DNA of 22,654 nucleotides from Andalucia godoyi And28 (lineage: Eukaryota; Protista; Jakobida): NCBI GenBank assembly GCA_009859145.1, contig VRVR01000066.1, positions 73,910 to 96,563 on the forward strand. Direction: 5' to 3'. Of this stretch, positions 1 through 8,424 are shown piece after piece (position 1 is the stretch's first letter; each line of letters starts with the position of its first letter). The position numbers were made by a program, and so were the translations under genes. A model generated the notes under the pieces. The model made no database searches. It saw only the letters and a program-made list of their open reading frames with translations, and was not told the origin of the DNA.

Positions 1-297
1 GCTCCTCGTAGATGCAGATGTCAGTGTTAGTGTACAGCATGTGTGTAGCATAAACTGACCGTTGTGAACGTTAATCCGCGCTTGTTTCTGTGCTCTGAGC
101 ACAACGGCTGCGCAAAAACGGAAGACTTGGATGCACAGTTGCTAATGCAGAATCGGCTGAATGCCTGCCAAGCGTGTATCCAATGCACAATCTTGCTTCT
201 GAGAGCAGTCCGTCGATGCAGGCACATGCCGATGCACTGAATACATGAACAGCACAGAGAAAAACAGAAATGCATGATGCTTTTATGACCTAATTAA

Positions 298-3200
298 TCA
301 AAAAACACAACTCTGCAGGGAGGCAGCCAAAAGCGACGATTTTTGAGATACAAAGAGATCTTGTTGTGGACGATGCATATATTCGAAATCGCATCTTGGT
401 AACGAGTAGGAACAGAGATATAACAGAAATGCGCAGCCATGCGAAATCGAGTTCGCATGGGCCATTTTCAGGCGAACTCGAGTTCGCCTAAAATCGACTT
501 CGGTCGGCTCAAAGGACGCAAAAAACAGTCGGACTACAGACTTTGTAATTTCCACCAAGAAGGAATGCGCTGCGACGGCGATAGCAATTTCGATCCACTG
601 AGCGCCATACAAGGGCTCCAAATCGAGAGCCTCATTGAAAATTGGAGTGTAGATCCCAAGAAGAAGCAACGCGTTCGACGTCACGTAAGCTGCAAGCATC
701 CAAGGATTACCGGTAAACATGGTCTTGGAGACACCGAACAGAGAGCCGGAGATGGACCTGCACATGAACGAATGGAAGATCTGGACAACCGTCAGCAACG
801 TAAAGGCGGCGGTCCGGGAATAAGCTAGTGATTCGCCGCGCACGTCCTTCACGAGCCAAAACTCCACGAGTGCATACAGGGACATGAGGGCCCCTTCAAC
901 GACCAACATGGTGCAGCTGACTGGAGTCAGCACGTTCTCGTGCGGGTCTCGAGGAACTCGCTGCATCACGCCCAGTTCTTCAGGCTCCGTGCCCAGACTC
1001 AGAGATGGTGGAATGTCCGCGATGATGTTCGCGTACAAAATCATGATGGACGTCATTGGGGGATCCCAGCCTACAGCCACTGCGATCAACATAAAAATCA
1101 CTTCGGCAGAGTTGCAGCTCATCAAATACACGATGAACTTCACGATGTTAGCCCAAATCCGTCTTCCTTCGGCGATCGCCAGCACAATGGTGGCAAACGA
1201 ATCGTCGAGAAGAACAAGATCTGCCGCTTGACGAGCAAGCTCTGTCCCGGACTTCCCCATGGCAAAACCACAGTCTGCTTGCTTGATTGCAGGCGCATCG
1301 TTGACGCCGTCTCCTCCCATGGCAACGATTTCGCCTCTTCGTTGAAGCGCTTTCACGATTTTCAGTTTGTTTTCCGGAGACACACGAGAGAATACAATCG
1401 GAAACGGATACAGTGCCGCAAGCTGCTCGTCGGAGAGCGATGCAAGGTACGGGCCTGTCACAACATACTTGTCCGGCGAAAAATTCGGATCGGTTTTCGA
1501 CACATGGGCAAACAGGCCAATTGCGCTAGCTATGGCAGTAGCTGTCGCAACGTGATCACCAGTAATCATGCACACTCGGACACCAGCAGAGTGGCACATT
1601 GCAATTGCTTGCGGAACTTCAGGACGTGGGGGATCCAGCATGCCCGCCATGCCAACAAACACCAGAGCGGTTTCCAGGTCCGATTCGAGAGTATCGACAT
1701 CCGAATCATCACCATTCTGCTTCGGCAAGGATCGCACATCATATTCAGACAGAACACGGCAAGCCATGCCCAACACTCGGAGACCGCGAGAAGAGAGATG
1801 GTCAAAGGAATAGGCAGAAGTTGCCTCAAAGCTCGCATTCTTGTCGAACACAACCGCTCTGGAAGTTTCCAAGTCCGTCGAATCGAACTCGGATTCACCC
1901 TTGACATCGACGTCAGTGTATCTGTTGCATCGGTGCACCACCTCTTCCGGCGCACCTTTCAACAACAACACATGATAGACATCTTCCGCGGACGGCGGCA
2001 CGCCGAGGATCAGTTGCAACCACGGCGCATCGGTTCCTTTCACCGCCACAACAACGCTCATTCGTTTTCGGTCCGAGTCAAAAGGAATTTCCACCATTCT
2101 GCGAAACGACAGTTTCCCTTCGAGACGTTCTCTTGAAAACCCACGGTCTTGTGCAAACTCCAAAAGCGCCACCTCTGTGGGATCACCATGTGCGACCAAA
2201 GATCCAGAACCCCCGTGCTCACTCTCAGCGAACGAAGCATTGTTACACAAGCAGCAAATGGAATACAAAAGCTCTGACGTGATTGACACACCGAGACTCC
2301 CGTCACCAAGGGCGGTCGACTGCTTCTGGATGTGATCGATCCAGATTTGAGGAGCAATCGTCCGGAAACTTCGCAGCGTCGGGAGTGTATGCACCGTTGT
2401 TGCGGAGTTGGATCGAACGAGGCGACCGGTACTCAGAAGTCTGGTGTGTTCTACTGGTTTCGACAACGCATTGAGGCTCTCTGCCATCGAGGATTCCAAA
2501 ACGATTTGCAATCCACTCCAGCGCACAGCAGAGACCTTCATTTTCTTTTGCGTCAGCGTCCCCGTCTTGTCCGAGCAAATGGTGGTGGTAGAGCCGAGAG
2601 TTTCGACAGCAGGAAGTTTTCGAACAACGGCATTCGCTTTCGCCATACGACGCACCCCTAAGCTCAGTGTCAGGGTGACGACTGTCTGTAGACCTTCCGG
2701 TATTACAGAAACAGCCAAAGCGACTGCAGTGAAGATGATGTCAGTGTCTTGGCCGTGAGCAACTCCTGCCATCACCACCAAAACGCCTCCAATCACGGAT
2801 GCGACGACAAGAATTTTGGCGAGCCTGGCGAGCTTGCGCTGCAGCGATGTTTGGGTAGGCCCATGGGAAGACGATGAAACAATGGCGGAAGAGATTCGCC
2901 CCACCTCCGTTGTCTTGCCTGTGTTGATAACAGTGCCCTTTCCACGACCCTTTTGGACGGTTGTGCTCATGAAAGCCATGTTTATGCGATCACCGACCGG
3001 AAGAAATCGATGGCCTCGGATAGCCGCTGTCGACTTGTCCAATGGAACCGACTCTCCCGTTAAAGATGTTTCGACGATTGACAATTGCGCAGACTCTATG
3101 ATTCGCAGGTCTGCAGGAACAGTATCTCCTTCTTCCAACACGACAATGTCCCCGGGAACAAGATCCGCGGCATCAATTGTCTGGGTCTCACCACCACGAA

Positions 3201-3605
3201 CCACTCTTGCGATCGGCACAGACAGGTGATTCAGTGCATCAGGGGTTCTTTTGGCAGAGAGCTCCTGGTAAAGCCGACGGAGTTACTGATGACAACAGCA
3301 ACAAGTAACACAACCATGGCCTTGATGTCTCCAATGGCTGCAGAAACAACTGCGGCGAAGATGAGGACAAGCCCAATAAAGTCTCGAAGTTGACGAAAGA
3401 GAATTGTCCAGAACCGGACCGGATGAGGCACAGGAACAGAGTTCGACCCGTAAAAGTCGAGCCTGCTTGCCACGACGTCCGCAGATAGACCGTCGTTCAC
3501 GTCAGATTTGAAAATCTCGAGGAGACGGGATTCTTTGGTGTCATAGTAGGCGCCTTTCGGAGCGAACAGCGTTTGATCCTCATGGAACTTGTCAACCAAG
3601 TGCAT
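298..3605 (-). CDS. Type II P-type cation-transporting ATPase (P2A/P2D, ENA-like Na+/K+ or Ca2+ pump), about 1100 aa, split by a -1 frameshift at about 3270
   Basis: Motifs in the translation: DGLS...YGSN N-terminal module and M1-M2 (ORF 3231-3605); LVPGD, PAD, LTGES; IPEGL (M4); CSDKTGTLT phosphorylation site (2551-2571); GDPTE, FDSDRKRMS, KGAPE, DPPR, MITGDH, RVSPENK, GDGVND; SCNSAE (M5); NIIAD (M6). The two ORFs join as GF-YQE if one T is added at 3270-3272. The subfamily is inferred from motif resemblance only. Confidence 0.93.
437..494. repeat. Two adjacent, related palindromes
   Basis: 437-460 CCATGCGAAATCGAGTTCGCATGG is a 24-bp palindrome with one mismatch. 470-489 AGGCGAACTCGAGTTCGCCT is a perfect 20-bp palindrome, extended by ATTTT (464-468) and AAAAT (490-494). 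The shared core GCGAA(A/C)TCGAGTTCGC occurs at 441-456 and 472-487. Confidence 0.85.
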
Positions 3606-3617
3606 AATCGACGAATT

Positions 3618-4307
3618 TTACAATGGAGAAGAGAGCTTTCCCCTTCCAGTGCTGATGGCATCCTTGGACTGTATTTCAGCGGATGCAATTTTTGAAATCT
3701 CCTCCTGATTCATCAGCGCCCGCACCTCGGAAATATAGTCCTTATCAATCAGCGACAACCAACGATCGCCTTCATACTTGATGGTATGCATGGACATCCA
3801 TTTGAGAAACACAGCCACCAGATCGCAATGCCGGAGTCCACGAAAAACAAGGGCGGTGTCTTCAATAAGATATCCCGAAGGCTCTGCAAGCTCATCCTGG
3901 ATGCCCAAATGTCGATGCAGTTTCAGCGAATTCCGTAGAGTATGCGTTTCCAGTTCTTCTAGAACAGTTTTGAAATCCCTCTCAGAGATCAGAAAATGAA
4001 GAAGAATGCGGAATGCGCGCAATGCAAACGGAGATGGGTCAGAGGAGAACGCAAAGAAAAATGGAGTATCCTTTTGAACGGTGAATACAATCAGACCGAT
4101 GACCAGCTTTCGACACAGCCGAAAGTCTAGATGGGGAAGCAGCCCGTTGTCAATTCGAATGTGCTATAAATATTCAATGCCGTCCATTGTCCGTTCCAAG
4201 AGCAGCTCATCGCTTTCTCCCATGTTTTCTGCCGAGTTCGCAAATCGCACCAGATCGTCGGCATACGCGTCCAAATGATGCTCCTCCGAAAGCTGACCGT
4301 CATTCAT
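3618..4307 (-). CDS. Hypothetical ORF in frame with the ATPase, containing an internal TAG (4164-4166) or an intron
   Basis: My translation from ATG 4307 reads MNDGQLSEEHHLDAYADDL...DGIEYL*HIRIDNG...RDFKTVLEELETHTL...KLSSPL*. A pyrimidine tract precedes the ATG. A GTGCGA...CTGAG segment (3981-4250, 270 nt) would remove the TAG in frame. No family recognised. Confidence 0.4.
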
Positions 4308-4936
4308 ACGAGGTTGAATTTAATTGGCAAAGGAAGAACAAAGAAAGACAGCAAATCACTCAGAGACGGAGAGATGACCATGAGTAGAGAGAGGTTTCGG
4401 TCGCAAGACAGGTCAGATTCATCGAACAAGAAACGATTCCAGTGCGAATGCCCATCACACTGACTTATGCCACTCCAGGTGCGCAAGATACAGTATGACC
4501 TGCTGTTCTCCAGCACTGATATAATGTGGTGGAATTGTCGAATGACAAGTCGTCCTTCGAAATTGAATGGGACAGAGCGGATAAACGAGGATTTATAGTG
4601 ATTGAGACACATTTTCCAGTCAACCAGATGGGCTTACAAATGCGGCAATATTGTTTTAATGTTTGGTCGCCGACGCGATCCGCAGGTCATCAGACTCTGC
4701 CGGCACTGTTTCGTCTTCAATTGATCACTGGTCAAAAACCCGATTTCAACCAATGCATTTCCGCGATAATGCCGATTTCGTACAGATGGACGTATAAAGC
4801 GAAGTTCTATCGCTCGCTTTCTTGAATACTGCCTCAATCTCAAGAAGACAGAAACAGAAAACAACAAGTGTCAGAGCAATGTCTTCGTTCTCGTTTTTTT
4901 CCTCCTTAAGTAAGCGTCCTCCGAACGGAATTAACC

Positions 4937-6085
4937 ATGCTTCGAAACGCCGGGATATTACGTCGACTGTTGCTGGTCGAAAATCTCTTCTTTTTCCTTT
5001 TCTTCTCCACGATTTTCAATACTCTGGTGAGTCATGTGAAAGGAGAGACAACACCGAAACTGGTGGATTCGGTTCTGTTTATTGGCGTGGATGGATTACC
5101 TGCGTTGTCCGTCGACAATCCCAATCCAATTATCGGTGATCAGTATCCTGTTCCAAACTTTCAGCTGTTGATGAACGAAGGCGTGTATGCATACTGCTCG
5201 CGCACTTCGGCGCCCACAGTCTCGTCTCCTAACTGGGCCGCAATGTTGACCGGAATATCACCCACGGTTTCCGGTTTTGTCAGCAATCCGGCTTCTGAAG
5301 TTCAGCCGGCGTCCTTTCGGAACCAAGGATCGACACTGTTTAATCGAGTCCATAGCGGTCTCCCGAATCACACAATGTCCGCATTCTACACGTGGTGCGA
5401 CATTCGAAGGTGGCTTTCGTTCAATCTCAATGAAACTAACGTCATTCATGACCTCGATTGGATGACATTGCTTTGCACGCAGAACGATAATTCGACGTTC
5501 CATGAGGTCCGCGGGTTTCTAGAGAACATGGATCCTCTTCTAACAGCAGGCACTGTTCCAGGATATTTGACGTTTGTTCAGTTTGACGAGGTCGACGCAA
5601 CGGGTCACGACGACGAGTGGTTTTCCGACGAGTTTAATCGGTATGTGCAAGTGATAGACGGATATGTCGGTCAGCTCGTCGACGTTTTCAATCGCTCAAT
5701 GAATGCGGCAAACAAAACAGGAGTTGTGATCTTGGCTTCGGATCATGGAGGAATAGACACTAATCATGATGATCCCACGTCTACTCGAGTTCTTAATGTC
5801 CCATACGTGATGTGGAGCAATAATGCCTCTCTCTTCCCGAGAAATTTCACGCTGTCGGAACCGGTCGTCTATAATCAGGATGCATATTCGACGATTCTTC
5901 GACTGTTTGGATTGTACGACGATGACGTTGACAGGTATGTATACACCAGCCGACCGCTGGATTCAGCAATTCTGCCGCTGCAGAACCTCAATGCGACGAA
6001 GGCAAACTACACGCGTATCTACGAGATGTACAATCTCAAGGTCAATAACTCCAACAGCGATCGCCGGTTTTGCTATGAGTATTAG
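4937..6085 (+). CDS. Secreted alkaline phosphatase superfamily enzyme (type I phosphodiesterase / nucleotide pyrophosphatase-like)
   Basis: Hydrophobic N-terminal signal. Superfamily motifs VLFIGVDG, PTVSSPNWAAMLTG (nucleophile loop), FDEVDATGH, ILASDHGG and a distal His (TNHD). About 10 N-x-S/T sequons. Start context accATG. Confidence 0.88.
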   Translation: MLRNAGILRRLLLVENLFFFLFFSTIFNTLVSHVKGETTPKLVDSVLFIGVDGLPALSVDNPNPIIGDQYPVPNFQLLMNEGVYAYCSRTSAPTVSSPNWAAMLTGISPTVSGFVSNPASEVQPASFRNQGSTLFNRVHSGLPNHTMSAFYTWCDIRRWLSFNLNETNVIHDLDWMTLLCTQNDNSTFHEVRGFLENMDPLLTAGTVPGYLTFVQFDEVDATGHDDEWFSDEFNRYVQVIDGYVGQLVDVFNRSMNAANKTGVVILASDHGGIDTNHDDPTSTRVLNVPYVMWSNNASLFPRNFTLSEPVVYNQDAYSTILRLFGLYDDDVDRYVYTSRPLDSAILPLQNLNATKANYTRIYEMYNLKVNNSNSDRRFCYEY

Positions 6086-6631
6086 ATAATGATAAAGAAT
6101 TCAATGCCGCCTTAACTATCCATGACAATGTTCACGAGACCACCGAACGGCGTTCATTCATTGCCAATTAGAGAGATACCTGCTAATTCAGTTCTTGAGA
6201 ATCTTGATTGATTGCTCAAAGGAAGAAATTGGAATCAAATTTCCGCGCAATCGTCTAGAAGTCTAGATGGACTCTGAATCGTTTTGAGAGCACAAATTTA
6301 GGGCGCTATCTGAGCACCCCTTTTGTGGACGTTTCAAAATTCAACGGACATGCACACATCGGGGATTCACCGAAGACGTCCGCAGTTACCAGCAGGTCAT
6401 ATCTTTAAATTACACAATCTACTTGCAAGTTTGTATTTTGGCCATGTTTGATGGTTCAACGTTTGATTGAACCTCGGTGGAATACTCCAGCGGCGTCGAA
6501 GTGCTCAGCAGTAGGACGAACCAGAGCTGTACATTTATGGATCATTTTTGCCCCCAACTCTCTCAACGTTTGCTCTGCTTTTCCATTCAAGAAAAAACAT
6601 ACAAATAAGATGTAGCTAGCATTGGAAAAGG

Positions 6632-7525
6632 ATGCTGCCTCCTCTTGATGACATTGTGCCCATCGAATCCGAACCAGGCAATCCTGCAAACCGAGTAGTT
6701 GCGGATGTTCCTACCATGGCACGCCGCAGAGATGTGGACCTCCATTGGATGAGTGTGAATTTGCCCAAGTGGATCCGCATTGTTCTCATGGAACTTCGGC
6801 TGTTCCTAGCGGAATTTGTGGCCACCTTCCTGCTGACGTTCGTTGGGGCCGGTTCCATTCCAGTGCAACACGTCTCCGCGGGCATTCTTCCACCGGTTGC
6901 CCGCTCGTTCGTTCCGGGCCTTGTGGTGCTTGCCATGATATACAGCGTAGGACACGTCAGCGGTGCGCATTTGAATCCGGGAGCCACATTCACATTCCTA
7001 CTACGTGGTGTATTTCCGTGGTGGAGAGTCCCGATCTACTGGGCTGCACAGTTTGGTGGCGCTGTGTGTGCTGCCCTGTACATCCACATGGTATTTGGAA
7101 CTGTGGGCAACGTTGGAGCGACGTATGTTAAATTTGCAACCACGGCGCACGTGTATGCATATGAAGTTGTGTTATCGTTCTTTCTGTACTTTGTGATTCT
7201 GTCTACATCGACTGGAAACCAGCTGGTGGGGCATAATGCGGGTGTCGCAGTTGGGTTATCCGTCGCGACCCTCGGAGTCGTCGGTGATCCGTTAGGCACT
7301 GGACCGGCCAATCCCGCAAGAAGCCTTGGGCCAGCGTGGATCAATGGCGACTTTTCCAAACAGTGGATCTTCATCGCCGGCCCCGCAACAGCAGCTCCAA
7401 TCGCAGTGATTGCAGCCTTTCTTCTGCACGGAAAACCAAAGCCACATGAATTCATTGCGTCCGAGGGCAAAGGTAGACGAAGCCTCTGTTGTCGAAGTGT
7501 GCGTGGACGTGCCGAACGACGGTGA
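6632..7525 (+). CDS. Aquaporin / MIP family channel, NIP-like
   Basis: LAEFVATF (TM1), SGAHLNPG (first box, 6974-6982), EVVLSF (TM4), NPARSLGP (second box at 7310), WIFIAGP (TM6); six hydrophobic segments. Confidence 0.95.
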   Translation: MLPPLDDIVPIESEPGNPANRVVADVPTMARRRDVDLHWMSVNLPKWIRIVLMELRLFLAEFVATFLLTFVGAGSIPVQHVSAGILPPVARSFVPGLVVLAMIYSVGHVSGAHLNPGATFTFLLRGVFPWWRVPIYWAAQFGGAVCAALYIHMVFGTVGNVGATYVKFATTAHVYAYEVVLSFFLYFVILSTSTGNQLVGHNAGVAVGLSVATLGVVGDPLGTGPANPARSLGPAWINGDFSKQWIFIAGPATAAPIAVIAAFLLHGKPKPHEFIASEGKGRRSLCCRSVRGRAERR

Positions 7526-8118
7526 CAACAGCAGTGCTGGTGATCATTTTAGTATACTGTGTAACATACGCTTTTTGGCAGGACATCTCAGAAGTGTTCG
7601 TTGCCCTCTCCCGCTGCTCCAATAGCAGAACAACGCATTCGCTCGGTCTTCTTATGCACCATCGAGGAAGCCGTTGCTCACATAAGTGGAGCGTCTGCGA
7701 CTGATTGCGCTTTTTCAAAGTTCAACATATCTCTTTCCAGGCGTAGTTGTCGCCATTATCACGCACCTGGAAAGCAAAGGATTGTGAATCTTTTCTGATC
7801 TACGTCAATCAATGTCGGATCTCCTCGACGGAAAGTTTGTCTTTCAGCAGTGCTAAAAGACAGTTCAAACACCCAAGTTTCCTCCAGGGCTCCGGAGTCC
7901 CGACCGTCATTGGTTTGCTCGTGCTGAATACGCTGTGCAATCAAGTGTCGGACATCGGAATTCTGTCGAAATCTCCGAGAGCCGTCCCTGGTATTCCTTT
8001 GCTCCGACGTGCTTTCAAACTTCTGTTATCAAACGTCTGTGTGCTCTCCTCCGAAAAAGCCGCGAATTTCTCCGGCGCGAAAAAGGTAACCCGTTGTTCA
8101 AAGCATTCCGAATGACGG

Positions 8119-8203
8119 CTGAAAAAGGACAAAGAAGATTACAATTAATCCCCTGGAAAAGCTTCGTCTGAGGAATCAAGGGCTTTCGTAGGATCAGACG
8201 TAC
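8119..8203 (-). other. Candidate 85-nt spliceosomal intron
   Basis: The minus strand reads AA|GTACGT...GTAATCTTCTTTGTCCTTTTTCAG|CC. Splicing joins an open upstream frame to the 7941-8132 ORF frame, but I found no convincing start codon. Confidence 0.3.
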
Positions 8204-8340
8204 TTAGAGGAAAGCTGACAAGAGCCAAAGTCCCTCTTGAAATGGCCCCAGCGCGCGAAAGCTCGGATACGTTTTGCTGCAATAAACTTCGCGGAACCAC
8301 AACTCCCAGATTGACTGTCAGCCTGATGGTTGCAAATCCT

Positions 8341-8412
8341 TCTGCCTCCTTGTCTTCTCTCTCCCTCCTCCTGTCCTTTTTCTTTTCTATTGTGCTTCCT
8401 CTTTTTTGTTTG
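8341..8412 (+). promoter_or_regulatory. Polypyrimidine tract upstream of the giant ORF (promoter or 5' UTR element)
   Basis: About 70 nt of almost pure C/T ending 12 nt before ATG 8425. Similar tracts precede most other starts in the window. Confidence 0.45.
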
Positions 8413-8424
8413 ACATGCTCTTAA

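Noticed and set aside
1-275. Partial gene at the left edge (+ frame ending at 240, or ORF 27-275 on -)
   Set aside because: Several frames look equally plausible, no motif is recognisable, and the region is truncated by the window.
3262-3296. A tiny intron explaining the ATPase frameshift
   Set aside because: The best-looking GTAACT...TACCAG segment is 22 nt and gives the wrong phase. The frame-restoring 29-35 nt options have poor donors and delete the conserved M2 GFxQ residues.
439-3393. Long + strand ORFs (940-2136, 439-828, 2816-3229 and others)
   Set aside because: They are antisense shadows of the ATPase with no motifs of their own.
6453-6473. GGTTCAA-N7-TTGAACC hairpin as a tRNA arm or B-box
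   Set aside because: It is a 7-bp stem within chance expectation, with no cloverleaf or A-box around it.
7460-7625. +1 frameshift extending the aquaporin (…VDEASVVEVCVDVPNDGD…)
   Set aside because: The MIP domain is already complete and there is no homology anchor for the alternative tail.
8341-8424. Spliced-leader trans-splicing acceptors as the meaning of the pyrimidine tracts
   Set aside because: There is no AG between the tract and the ATG for the giant gene or for TOP2.
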